Source: Hemiscyllium ocellatum (taxonomy: Eukaryota). Taken from it: a stretch of DNA of 64,000 nt. The stretch covers positions 28,582,001 to 28,646,000 of the forward strand of contig NC_083414.1 in assembly GCF_020745735.1 (NCBI RefSeq), written 5' to 3'. This document shows, piece after piece, positions 46,351-59,655 of this stretch. The position numbers and the translations under genes are program-made. Position 1 is the first letter of the stretch; the number at the start of each line of letters is the position of its first letter. The notes under the pieces were generated by a model. It had not been told where the DNA came from. It was given only the letters and a program-made list of their open reading frames with translations, and did not search any database.

Positions 46351-49234
46351 TCTCTCTCCCATCTCTTTCTTTATAATGTAAAGTCAGAGAGAATCTGCTC
46401 AGAACCTATTTCCTCTTTTCACAAGGTCTCAAAGTCTCTTTCAAATGCAGTATTACTTTAAAATCTTTATTTACTATTATGTTAACATTATCCAGTAGCT
46501 ATCATAATGCAGAAGTATAATATTTAATAAATAATTAGGTGATAAAAAGATCATTACTTTCCACATCAGTATTATTCTAAACATACATCCCAACATGGGG
46601 AAAAAGTAAATGTGAAATGTTACAAAGAGAAGGCAAATGAGTAATGTAAGTATGTGAGGCAAGAAGGGCTGAGAGAATTTTCTCTCTTGACAAAGGCTGC
46701 CACACATGCTGAGTTTCTCCACCGTTCTCTGCAATTATGACTGAGGGAGTAGCTGGGTCAGGGAGTATTGAATTAGCTTTATTGCCACATGTACTCAAAA
46801 GAGTACAGTGAAAAGTTTACAAATCGCCATCTTAGGTATAAGGTACCTAGGTACAAATTCTTCAGTACAGGTTCTGACCTAAAAAACATTAGAAAAATTA
46901 AGAAATAAATCATCCGACATTATGGATCATAGGAATAAATTAGAAAATAAAAAAATTAAAAATTCAGAACAGCAGTCCACACTAGCACTTAGTCTCCAGT
47001 ACACACCAGGCCTTGACTCCAAACCGCGCTGGATGTCACTTTGAGGCTCTGAGGCTGGAGACCGTTCTGGAATCTTCTCAAGGCCAGAAGTCCATCCTGA
47101 CGCCATGCCAGGCTGAAAGGCCACCATGAGCTGCTGAAAGACTGCCTTAATGAACCTGGTAACATGGTTAGGAGGGGGATATTAGGGGCAATGGTGTCAA
47201 GGCTGTTGTTTGGTTTGGATAGAGTCCAGTCAAGCTGGATTGGGGGTTGGAACAAAGAGAAGAATATATCTGGACTAGAGTTGAGGGAGGGAGGAGACAG
47301 ATCAGATTGGAACTGACTGTTCAAAGAGGAAGTCAGGTCACACTTGAGCCCAGGAGTACGGAGTGGCTGGGAAGTCATGTTGTATCAGGTTGATAAAAGT
47401 GACTTCATTTGAGAGCTGTCTGTACATCTATGTTATATTGAGCCAGGATATAAAGGACTTCCACTATAATTTGTACTTTCAAACAAGATGCTTGTTCTAA
47501 ATAAGTGAACAAAGAAATGTACTGGCTTCCATATTAACACCAGCCAAGAACAATAAATCACAGCAGTTGAAGAATGCATCCCAGTGGGTTGTTCTACTTG
47601 CCTGTATACTTGCCCTGTTCTTGCTACTTTAAAATTTCACTTTTTAAAATATGCTGCTGGTTTCCTACCTGAAGTTGAGTGGCAATAAATGTTTAGCAAG
47701 TTCTAATCCTACTTTGGGAATAATGCGTTGAAAAAGTTTCATAGGCGACACCCATCAATTGCATTGAACAATATACTTTCATATCTTGGTCCAGGGTTTG
47801 AAGGTCTCTCTTTGTTATTACACATAGAGTCAATCTAGGCATTTCAGTTCCATTCCTCGAAGACATCAATCAATGGCATTTACTCAACATTAATTGATAG
47901 CTTTACCCAGTAAGGTTACAGAAATGGCTGATGAGAGAAATGGCAATGCTACCATGATGCAAAAAGGTTCATGCAAACTGGAAAAGATTTTCTTTTCACT
48001 GTTTGCCAAGAGTTTAAAACGTTAATTCAGAGTGTAATGTCAGATTGTTGTGATAATTACCTGTAATTAATATTTATAGTCTTATTTAAATATATTTCTG
48101 GTTCACAGAGTTAGCCTGACTGTGTGTTAAAAGTAAATAATTGTTGTAAAAGTGCTCCAAATGAAGCCAGGAAGCAAGTCAGCTAGTGGGAGAATAAGAA
48201 GGATATTAACAGCAGTCAAACAGCAATAAGACCTTTAACACTATAATGAATGCAGAAGCTGGAGTTCATTTATATTCTTTTTCAGAACTATTGCTGTTAG
48301 TGATGTGCTGAAAATGATATTGATTTTTTGTGCAGATTTTCTGTGTGTTTGGTGCTAATTATGCAATTCTTTTCTATGACATACTAGTAGAATCGACCAG
48401 TGCATCAGCTTGTTAAATTATCATTATCACAGGCCCATGTGCCATTTCAGTAAATATTTAAATTAGGTTGGTAACGTGTGCCAATTTATATCATTACACA
48501 TTTTTGTTCAAGGCGCTATGCCATGAAATGTTAGTGGCACCATTAATGAGAAGGGATGGATTAACATTCACCATTACTTCTATAGCATGTGAAATAGCAG
48601 CAGTGTTGAGATAATGTAACTATATTTGTTTAGTTGCAGTATAACAAAATTATTTTTGTTCTCATGCTACATTTGATTCAAACAAAACAAATGCTAAATC
48701 CCCTATCTGCCTTGACAATGAATTTGAAAACCGCATTTGGGTAGATAACATTGCATCGATCTGGCAAAACAAGAATGGTTTATAATTGAGATCTGCATTT
48801 CTCTGCAGTGCTACCTCCCAGCCTTATATTGCACCACCTTGTCAATACATTATAATGGCTATTTGACATTGCCAGCACACAGCAGATTGATAAGCTGCAT
48901 CTGCCTGGAGATGGATCATTCAGTTCCAACAATTCTAAAATGCTATTGTCATTCTTAAAGCACTGTTACAATGAAAGGAGGAAACCAGTGGACACAGCCA
49001 AGGTACAGTCCCTTGGATTTAAGATAGCAGCTCAGAGTTGCTACCTCAGAGAATACATGGTGCCTATCCCATGAACAAAGCTGGGACAGAAGATGAAGAA
49101 AATTATCAGGCATTTCATAACATTGACTTCAGTCATGTTATGTGGATTGTACGTCACACTTGGTGAACTGGAATATACATTACAATCAGAAAATGAAATG
49201 TTCTTTGCCAATTGTTCTAAATGTAGCAATGTTG

Positions 49235-49530
49235 AGAAAATATTCTCTAGGTCATAGTTCAAGAATAAGGGAGTGCCCATTTAAAGCAGAGATGAGGAAA
49301 CATTTTTTTCTTTCAGAGACTTGAGAGTCTTGAAACTCCCTTCCTCAAACGGCAGTGGATATAGAATTTTAAAATATTTTTAAGGTAGAGCTGGATAGAT
49401 TCTTGATTTTGATGGGATGAAAGATTGTTGGAGATACACTGGAATGTAGAATTGAATTTAAAATCAGATCAGCTGTGATCCTACAGAATGGCAGAGACAG
49501 CTTGAAGAACCCATGTTCCTTGTTCATATG
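49235..49530 (+). mobile_element. CR1 3' fragment
   Basis: SLGHSSRIRECPFKAEMRKHFF. Confidence 0.7.
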
Positions 49531-49619
49531 TATGCAGGTGTGATTATGCTCAAGGCAGAGTATGAAAGAAGCAAAAGTGAAGGATAACTCAGGAGATATT
49601 AGAGATGCTGTGAATCATG

Positions 49620-52466
49620 ACGATAAGAAAGCTAGCATAAAGGTAACTTATGTGAATGTTCGTAGCATTCGTAACAAGGTTGGTGAATTAATAGCACAAA
49701 TCTCTTGAACGAATATGATTTGGTAGCCATCATAGAGACATGGTTGCAGAATGGTCATGACTGGGAATTAAATATCCAGGGGTACCAGACTATTGCAGAC
49801 AAGAATGCAAGGGAGGTGGTGTAGCTGTGACATTCAAGGACGACATCAGGGCGGTGCTGAGAGACGATACAGGCTCTACGGAGCATGAAGTCAAATCCTT
49901 TTGGGTGGAAATTAGGAATTTCAAGAAGAAAATGTTACTGAAAAGTGTAGTCTATAGGCCACCAAATAATAACATCACATTGGGGTGGGCAATAAACAAG
50001 GAAATAACTAATGCCTGCAAAAATGGTACAGCTATTATTATGGGAGATTTTAACCTGCATGTAGCTTGGTCGAACCAGCTCAGTCAGGGTAGCCTTGAGG
50101 AGGGGTTTATTGAGTGTAACCACGATAATTTTCTTGAACAGCATGCAGTGGAACCAATGAGGGAGCAAGCTATCCTAGATCTGCTCCTCTTAATGAGACA
50201 GGAATAATTAATGACCTCATAGTTAGGGATCCTCTTGGAAGGAGCGATCACAGTGTGGTTGAATTTAGAATACAGATGGAGAGTGTAAAGTTAAAATCCA
50301 ATACCAAGATCCTGTATGTGAATAAGGGGGACTATGATAGAATGAGGGAAGGCCAGGCTAAAGTAAACTTGAAACAGCAACAGTTGACAAGCAGTGGAGG
50401 ACCTTCAAAGGAAATTTATATTCTAGTGAGAAGGAAGGACAGTAAGAGGAGGGATAATCTGTCATGGGTGTCTAAGGAAAGAAGGCAGGCTATCAAAGTG
50501 AAAGAGAAGGCATACAAAATGGCCAAAAACAGCAGGGATCTAGAAGAGTGGGAAAACTTTAAATGTCAACAGAAAGCCACTAAAAGAGCTGTACAGAAAA
50601 GTCAGGTAGAGTATGAGAAAAAACTAGCACAGAATATAAAGACTGATAGCAAATGTTTCTATAAATATATAAAATGAAGAACAGTGGCGAACGTAAGTGG
50701 TGGTCCTTTAGAGGATGAGAAGGGACATTTAGTTATGAGATGTGATGTAATAGCTGAGGCATTATACAGGTACTTTGCATTGGTCTTCACAGTAGAGGAC
50801 TCTAATAACATGTCAGGAAGTGATGAAGAGACAAAGGTAGGTGAGAACATGGAAACAATAATTATTATGGAAGAGCTCGTGTTGAGTAAGCTAATGAAGC
50901 TAAGTCTCCTGGCCCTGATGGAATGCATCCCAGGGTACTAAAAGAGATGGTGGGAGAAATAGCAAGTGGACTGGTGGTAATTTTCGAAAATTTGCTGGGC
51001 TCTGGGGCAGTCCCAGTAGATTGGAAAATAGCAAATGTGACGCCACTGTTTAAAAAGGGAAGTTGACAAAAGATGGAGAATTATAGACCAGTGAGCTTAA
51101 CTCTGTAGTGGGGAAGATGCTTGAGTCTATTATCAAGGAGGAAATAGCAGGGCATCTCAAAAGAAATTGCCCCATTGTACAGATGCAGCATGGGTTCATG
51201 AAGAGCAGGTCATGCTTAACAAATCTTTTGGAACTCAATGAAGACATTTCAAGCAAGGTGGGTAACAGGGGCCCAGTATACCAAGATTTCCAAAAGGTCT
51301 TTGACAAGGTGCTGCACATGAGGTTGCTGCATAAGATAAGGATGCATGGTGTTAGGGGTAGAGTATTAGCGTGGATAGAGGATTGGTTGACTGACAGGAA
51401 ACAAAGAGTGGAGATAAATCAGTGCTGTTCTGGCTGGCAATCAGTGACTGTGGTGTGCCTCAGGGATCGGTGTTGGGACTGCAATTATTTACAATTTATA
51501 TAGATGATTTAGAATTGGGGACCACGTGCACAGTGTCAAAATTTGCTGATGACATTAAGATCAGTGGCAGAGCAAAGTGTGCAGAAGACTGTGAAACTTT
51601 GCAGAGGAACATAAATACATTGAGTGAGTGGGCTAACTTCTGCCAGATGGAATACAAAGTTAGTAAATGTGAAGTCATACATTTTGGTAGGAGTAACAGT
51701 AAAATAGATTATTACTTGAATGGTAAGAAGTTGCAGCCTGCTGATTTGCAGAGGGACCTGGGTGTCCTTGTGCATGAATCACAGAGGGTCGGTCTGCAGG
51801 TACAACACATAATTAGGAAGGCAAATGGAATTTTGTCCTTCATTGGGGTTGAGTTTAAAAGCAGGGAGGTAATGTTATAGCTGTACAAGGTGCTGGTGAG
51901 GCCACACTGGAGTACTACGTGCAGATTTGGTTTCCTTACTTAAAAAAGGATATACTGGCACTGGAGGGGGTGCAGAGGAGGTTCACTAGGTTGATTCTGG
52001 AGTTGAGGGAGTTGGCTTATGAGGAAAGGCTAAATAAATTGGGATTATATTAATTGGAATTCAGAAGAATGAGGGGGGATCTTACATATAAAATTATGAA
52101 GGGAATTGATAAAATAGAAATAGATAGGATGTTTCTACTGGTAGGTGAAACTAGGACAAGAGGGAATGGCCTCAAGATTAGAGGAAGCAAGTTTAGAACT
52201 GAATTGAGAAGGAACTTTTTCTTCCAGAAGGTTGTAAATCTGTGGAATTCCATACCCATGGAAGTAGTTGAAGGTACATCAGTAATCGCTTTTAAAGCTA
52301 AGATAGATACTTCTTTGAAAAATAAAGGAATTAAGGGATATGGTGAAAACTTGGGTAAGTGGAGCTGAGTCCACAAAAAGATCAAGCATGATCTTATTGT
52401 ATGGTGGAGCAGGCTCGAAGGGCCAGACGAACTACTCCTGCTCCTAGATCTTATGCTCTATGTTCA
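49620..52466 (+). mobile_element. near full-length CR1 ORF2 (APE endonuclease plus RT) with 3' UTR, frameshifted
   Basis: YVNVRSIRNK, ETWL, VYRPP, MGDFN, SDH, NYRPVSL, QHGF, GVPQGSVLG, KFADD, RGDL, FFQKVVNLWN. Confidence 0.92.
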
Positions 52467-53099
52467 TATGCACTTCATGTTTTTGATCATCATGCTAATG
52501 CTGTCATCTCAAGATGCATAAATTAAATTGCTAGCAAAAAAAAACATGCTGCATATTGACAGAAACAGGATCGTTTTGTAATATGGAAATCATGTTGCCT
52601 GGTAGCCCACGAATATTTCCATTGTTCTTTACATTACCCCTCTTTATCTGTGAGAATCCCAAAGATTCCCTAGTCTTTTTAGCGGAACCAGTAGACCAAT
52701 CTACATGCTGACCCCATCCACCTGATTTGGAAATCCCAGTGTAACACAGGCACAGACTTATTGAAGCAGTGGTTAACTACTTGTCCTCAGGGCTTCTGGG
52801 CCCTTAACAATGGAGAAGCATTTCCAACTGGAGGGTCAGCAGTGCTCCTGCCCCCAGTAACAGCACCAGGAAAAATGGCCTTTCTGGGATAGCAGCAAGT
52901 CCTGACCCTGGCAGCAGGGAGGAGGCCCCAATTTGTAGGTAAGGTTGGTCAGGCTTGCCAGGGCCATAGAGGCAAGCTTTGGTAAAGCAGGGCATGTTGC
53001 ATATCACCTTAGCAGAAAATGCGGATTGTGCACACACAGAACCAGCTTGAGATTGGTAATGTCCATGCATGCAGGACATGACCCAACTGAGGGGAAGAT

Positions 53100-53467
53100 A
53101 GCTAAGAGGAGACCAGATAGAAGTCTTCAAAATCTAGAGGTCTGGATAGAACACATAGAGAGAAAATGTACCTGCTCATAAAAGGATTGAGAATTAAAGA
53201 GCACAGATTTAAAGTGATTTGTAAATGTAGCAAATGTGATGGGAGAAAAACCTTCTTTCACACAGTGAGTAGGTCAGGTCAAGAATGCACTAGATGGAGG
53301 CTTGGTAAAAATGTTTAAGGGGAATTAATTAATTTACTGAATAGAACCAAAGTGCAATGTGTGGAGCAAGTAGGAGGATAACACTGAGTCTGAATGCTCA
53401 TTGGAGATCTGATGATGACAAGATGGGCTGAATACATCCTCTTGCATTATAATGATTCTGTGATTTT
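53100..53467 (+). mobile_element. old CR1 3' fragment
   Basis: gaggagaccagatagaagtcttcaaaat..gagcacagatttaaagtgatt..gattctgtgatt tail. Confidence 0.65.
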
Positions 53468-54554
53468 TATGGTTGAGTCTCTAGAGTAAACATGCGAACT
53501 GAGCTCTTCTGGTATTAGCTCAACTCTTCAAGTAATATAACCAACGTTGGAGTTTGTCAAGCCTTTGGGTGTGATTGGTGACCCTGTCTGAAGTAAACAA
53601 GTCATGCAATGTGGGGATGAGTTGCCAATGAGGTGGCAGAATGGGACTTTCTCAGTGAGGTGGCCTTCCCTGCTGTAGAGGGAGCTAACAGGAGACTATC
53701 ACTGGGATAACTTTGTGGCTACTCAGGATCTTAATTGGCTTTGGACAGGCAGGTTGATTTGGATCTTGTCCATCCCTCTCAGTAATCAGGAATCTGATGG
53801 GCATGTTAACCCACCTGATTGCTTGTTGATTCTATGGCTCTCCCGGTGCCTCCCTGCTTACACCCGATAAGGAGCAAGGAATTAAGTTCCTTATAACCCA
53901 CAAGTTAATATGTGCACATGCCGTGAAGATGACTGATGGCCTGGATGTTTGGATGCCATGCATTTTCACACATATTCCTCTTTTCAAAACTACATCCTTT
54001 GGTATACTTCCTTGATAACTTCAAGTTTAACATACCACAAGGCCGTCCATGCAAATGGAAATTGGGTCAGCAAAAGTTCCTCTCTTTATTGGTGTGCAGC
54101 TCCCAGGGAGGTGACATAGCCTTTGTACCAGGGAAGCCTGCTCCTGGACTGTGAGGTATCTGTTCAGCATTTAGTTCAGTGGGTCTTTCTTAAATGATGA
54201 GTCAGGGAGCTCTCACTAACTCTCCTGCTGATGGGTGAGACCCCTGTCACTCTTACTAAACACAACCCTAAATCTAACAGTGTATAAAACAATAGATTAA
54301 CATTTCAAATGCACATTCCTTGTACATTTACTGGCATTTTTACTTGGGTTTTGCTAAGAATAATATTGAACAAATGTCTGGTAGTAGTGTCTCATGTTTT
54401 ATTGATATAATGAAAAATATCATCATTCAATACTTACAACTGTCAAAAACCTTCAAAATGTATGAGTATTAATAAAATTCTGATTTAATTGCATTTATTG
54501 TTGTTTTGTGGTGGTCTGCTTCCATACAGTATAAACTAGTTGTTTTTAATATAC

Positions 54555-54650
54555 GTCTCTGCACAACAGCAGTGGCTACACTTCCAAAATACTCAATTGG
54601 CTGGAAGGCATTTTACAATGTCCAGTGGACATATAAATGTGAGTCTGCTT
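54555..54650 (+). mobile_element. DeuSINE tail fragment
   Basis: gtggctacacttccaaaatactcaattggctggaaggcatttt, similar to 4445-4500. Confidence 0.5.
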
Positions 54651-55285
54651 TTCTCTTACCATCTCTGCAATACCCCACCCAAGTTCCTTCCTGTTTTCAT
54701 TCAGGAGAAGAAAATAATGTCTTTTAGGTGATTAAAATCTTTCTTGTACTTGTAGTTTGCTGCCATCTGCCTGTGGTTTTCTGCAAGAAACTTCCATAAA
54801 ACATGTTGTGATTTGCTGGACAGAAAACGTAAGCTACAAATGATACTTAGATTTAGAGAAATAATTGTGTTCAAACTAAATTATAGTCACCTAAAAACAT
54901 CTCTGTACATGTTTGATGAACAAATCATATTGCTGAATTACAAATTCATGGAATGGCTCAATTCACAGATGGTTTATTTCCTGGTGTTGAAAGTTATTCT
55001 GTCAATGATTCTGTGGGTCATCGATCAATGGCTGTCATTTCGAAACATACAAAGTCACAAATCATTGTCAATTTGTGGCTTGAGTGGAGTTAACTGGTAA
55101 AGGCATTGGTGATTTAACTTAAAGGGGATTTAGTTAAACTTATTTTGTGATTATATCCAGGAATCAATCACTGGGACAACAAAAATTTACTAAATCAATT
55201 GTGTTAAAATCAATGGAATGACTCTTATCTGAAATTGGTTAAGCATAATTTTTTTGCACGTTTCATAAAGGTTTTCTCTAAAGTC

Positions 55286-56172
55286 AGAGAGTCATAGAGA
55301 TGTACAGCACAGAAACAGACCTTACGGTCCAACTCATCCATGCCAACCAGATATCTAATCCTATTTGGCCCATATCCCTCAAACCCATCCTATTCATGTT
55401 GTAATTATACCAGCTTTCACCATCTCCTCTGGCAGCTCATTCCATACACACACCAGCCTCTGTGTGAAAAGTTGCCCATCTCACCTTAATCCTATGCCTT
55501 CTAGTTTTAGACTCCCCTACCATGGGAAAAGACCTTGTGTATTTATCCTATCCATGCCCCTCATGATTTTGTAATCTTCTATAAGGTCACCCCTCAGTCT
55601 CTGATGCTCCAGGTGAAATAACCCCAGCCTTTTCAGCCTCTCCCTCGAGCTCAAACCCTCTCTTTATAGCTCAAATCGGTAACAACCTTGTAAATTTTTT
55701 CAGAACCCTTTTAAGTTTCACAAAGTCTTTCTTATAGCATGGAGATCAGAATTGAATGCAGTATTCCAAAAGTGGCCTAACCAATGTGCTGTACAGCTGC
55801 AACATGACCTGTCACTCTTTGGCCCATTGACCCATCTGATCAAGGTCCTGTTGTACTCTGAGGTAACCCTCTTGGCTGTTCACTATATTACCAATTTTGA
55901 TGTCATCTGCAAACTTACTAACCATACCTCCAATATACACACACAAATCATTTCTGTAAATGACAAAAGCCAGTGGACTCAGCACCAAGCTTTGCAGCAC
56001 ACTCTGATCACAGACTGCCAGTTCGAAGCACAACCCTCCACCACCACCTTCTATCTCCTAGTTTGAGCCAATTTTGTATCTCTATGATCTAACTTGCTAA
56101 CCAGTCAACCATGGAACCTTGTCGAACACCTTGTTGAAGTCCAGATAGACAACGTCCACTGTGCTGCCTTCT
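55286..56172 (-). mobile_element. CR1 3' fragment with internal deletions
   Basis: minus VSKFADDIKIG..QQDLDQMGQWA; agagtcatagaga tail. Confidence 0.85.
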
Positions 56173-56429
56173 ATTTGAGGCTTAGTAAGTTTTCTCACCT
56201 TATCTAACATGCATCATGCTCTTATGCCACCCTGCTCCTCCTATTCACCCACTCACCATAGTGGAACTAATTGCCATTGCTCGGATATCCTGGGATCATT
56301 GGTGTCAGCGCTGGGGTCATCTTAAAACCCAGCCTTCCACTGATCAAGCATTAGCAGTCAGGAGTTGCTCTTCACCATGCATGTAATGGGACAGCAAATA
56401 CAAACTGACATTTCCCAGGACACATGGGT

Positions 56430-57730
56430 GCCATAAAACTAAGGAGCAGAATTAGGCCATTCGGTCGATCACCTCTGCTCCACCATTTGACCATGGCTGA
56501 TATGTTTATCAACCCCACTCTCCTGCTTTCTCCCTGTAACCCTTCATCTCCTTGCCAATCAAGAACCTCTATATCTGTGTCATAAGCACACTCAATGACT
56601 TGGCCTCCACAGCCTTTTGTAGCAATGAGTTCCACAGATTAATTACTCTCTGGCTGAAAAGCTTCCTCCTCATCTCAATTGGCCCTTTACTCTGATTAAG
56701 TGCCCTCAGGTCCTATTCTCTCCTACTATTGGAACTATCTTCTTCACTTCCATTCTATCCAGGACAATCAGTATTCTATAAGTTGCAATCGGACCACCCT
56801 CATCTGTTTAAACTCCATCGTGAACAGACCCAGAGTCCTCAATCACTGCTCATATGACAAACCCTTCATCCCTCGGATTATTTTTGCAAACCTCCTTGGA
56901 CCCCTTTCAAGGCCAGCACTTCCTCCTGAGATACAGGGTCCAGAACTGCTCACAATATTCCAAATGCTATCTGACCAGAGCTTCCTACAGTTCCAACAGC
57001 ATATCTCTGTTCCTGTAAATTAGCCCTCTAGAAATGAATTTAACTTCCTAACTGCCAACTGAACCTGTACATTAACCTTAAGAGAATCCTGAACTAGGGA
57101 ATCCAAATATTCTTTGTGCTCCAGATTTCCAAAGCCTTTCCCCATTTAGAAAGTAGTCAACGCTCAACTCTTCCTACTAAAGAACATAAGCTCACACGTT
57201 CCCACATTGTATTCCATCTGCTACTTCTTTGTCCGCTCTCCTAACCTTTCTGAGTCCTTCTGCAGCTTCTCTGCTTCCTCAACATTATCTACCCCTCCAC
57301 CTATCTTGACGTCATCTGCAAATACCCTCAGTTCGTTTGTACAAATTCAGAACGTATAACACGAATAGTTGTGATCCCAGTACAGACCACTGTGGAAATC
57401 TACTAGTCGTTAGCTGCCATCCTCAAAAAAGACATTTTTATCCCCTTGTTCTGCTTTCTGCAAGTCAGCCAACCCTCTGCACAAGCCATACCTTGCCCCT
57501 GACACCATGGGCTTTTATCTTATGTAGCAGGCTCCTGTGCAACACCTTGTCAAAGACCTTATGGAATTCCAAGTAGATCATGGCTATTGGCCCTCCTTTG
57601 CCTAACTTGCTCATTACCTCTGCAAAGAATTCTAAGACATTTGTCAAGCATGACCACCCCTTGATGAAGCTGTGTTGACTCAGTCCTATTTTACCATGCA
57701 CTTCCAAGTACTCTGTAATCTCATCTTTAA
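56430..57730 (-). mobile_element. CR1 RT-to-3' fragment
   Basis: minus SQHSFIKGWSCLTNVLEFF..FDKVLHR. Confidence 0.85.
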
Positions 57731-58410
57731 CAAGGCCTTTTTCTGTGCTGTTGACTTCTATGACTCCATGACAACCATGACAAGCTGCCTAGCTTTGTGT
57801 CTACTTAAAGAAGCACTGCAGTGTGGAAGTACTATGAGCCTTTAAGATGTGACTGAGGGTGTGAGTCGCCAAAAGGTGAGGCAAGGCAGAGATATTGTGG
57901 GCATTGAATAGGCACAGAGTAGACGCCAAGACAGTAAGCAAGTAACCCTCGCATCTACCCTAGTCCAATCCATGAGTAGGTTGCCCATCTCTACATGCAA
58001 AAGTGCCCTATCAACATCAGTATTGCAATCAGAGGTGTTATTGCTCTCCAAAGAGGAGCATTGAATTGTTGAACTACAGTGTAGAACCACATTTAAGTGG
58101 ACCAGACATCTGCCATGAGGGTACGCTCACACTGGTACATGTTGGATATCAATTTCTGTGGACAGGGATAAAGATATGTGTAACATTACCCATACTCCAT
58201 GTCCGAAATATCGGTGACTGTTGTCCAAGGTGGATGTTTAGTGCAGCAATTGTTCGGCTGGAGTTTCAAGGTGCTTAGTTTGGCTTTCACGCTGGGATTT
58301 AGTGTCATCTAGTTTCCCTTCAAGGTGACTGAAAATTAGAAGGATGAGGTTAACTAACATTGAAGTGTCAATACACATTAATGGATGTAAATAGGCCTTT
58401 GTCACTCACT

Positions 58411-58505
58411 GCTGAAAATGTGTTGCTGGTCAAAGCACAGCAGGCCAGGCAGCATCTCAGGAATAGGGAATTCGACGTTTCGAGCATAAGCCCTTCATCA
58501 GGAAT
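58411..58505 (-). mobile_element. family B solo tail-less arm
   Basis: starts at gctgaaaatgtgttgctgg, the same nucleotide as the left arm at 6256. Confidence 0.8.
58470..58505 (-). ncRNA. minimal type I hammerhead ribozyme, intact core
   Basis: minus auuc-CUGAUGA-a-gggc(uuau)gcuc-GAAAC-GUC-gaau. Confidence 0.8.
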
Positions 58506-58799
58506 GAGAGAGAGTAGCCAAGTGAGATTCTCACCTTGTTATTCAACACTCGGTTGGAACATGGGACTTTTCACTTTTGATGTTGAGAAGCTCCTCGCTG
58601 GCCATCCCATGAAATTTTTCCAACTTTTTCATTATAGCCCAAGTTATTTAGGGATTGGAAAAATTCTGTCCAACATCTTCAGTAACATACAATTTCCTCA
58701 ACAGTATTTTAACAGTAATTTCTTAATTTCTATTGCAAAGAATAGGGATTTAGATTGTAAAATGCTGCTGTAACTCATTTTAAAGAGAGCAGTTGAAGG

Positions 58800-59655
58800 C
58801 CAACAGTAGAAATTACTATTCAATGACGCCTCAGATATTGAAACTGTCCATGTCCAAATGCAGCAGGCTCTGGGTAATGTCCAGGTTTAGGCTGACAATT
58901 GACAAGTAACACTTCCACCACACAAATTCCAGGCACCAACCCTCTCCAGCCATGTCTCTAAACGTTACCAACACTGAATTCCCCCATTATCAATGTCCTT
59001 GAGGTTACCATTGACCAGAAACTGAACTGAACTTGCCATATAATTATTATGGCCACTAGAACTGTTTAGAAACTAATAATCCTGCAATAAGTAACTCACT
59101 TCCTGACTCTCCAAAGCCTGTCCATCATCTACAAGGCACAAGTCAGAATGTGATGGAGTACTCTCCATTTGCCTGGATGAGTGCAGCGCCAACAGCACTT
59201 GATAAGCTTGACATCACCCAGGACAAAGCAGCCTGCATGATTGATATCATATCCACAAACATTTAGTTCCTCCATCACAGTGCTCAGTAGAAGCAGTGTT
59301 TACCATCTTCAAGATCCATTGCAGAACTTCACCGATTTTCCTGAGGCACACTTTCCAAATCCAGAAGTATTCCCATCTAAAAGGATAAAGGTAGCAGATA
59401 TATGGGAACATCACCACCTGCAAGTTCATCTTCACGTCACTCACCATTCTGACTTTGAAATATATCGCTGCTCATTCACTGTCGCTGGGTCAAAATATTG
59501 GAATTCACTCCCTAGTGACATTGTAGATCTATCTATGGCATATGGACTGCAGCAGTTCAAGAAGGCAACTCACTATCACCTGCTCAAGGGCATCTGGGGA
59601 TGGACTAGTAATGCTGGTCTACCCAGCAGAGCCCGCAACCCCGAAATGAACAAAA
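58800..59655 (+). mobile_element. LINE (CR1/L2 group) 3' fragment
   Basis: MQQALGNVQV*ADN*QVT, LSIIYKAQVR..MEYSP and GSKYWNSLP motifs. Confidence 0.8.
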
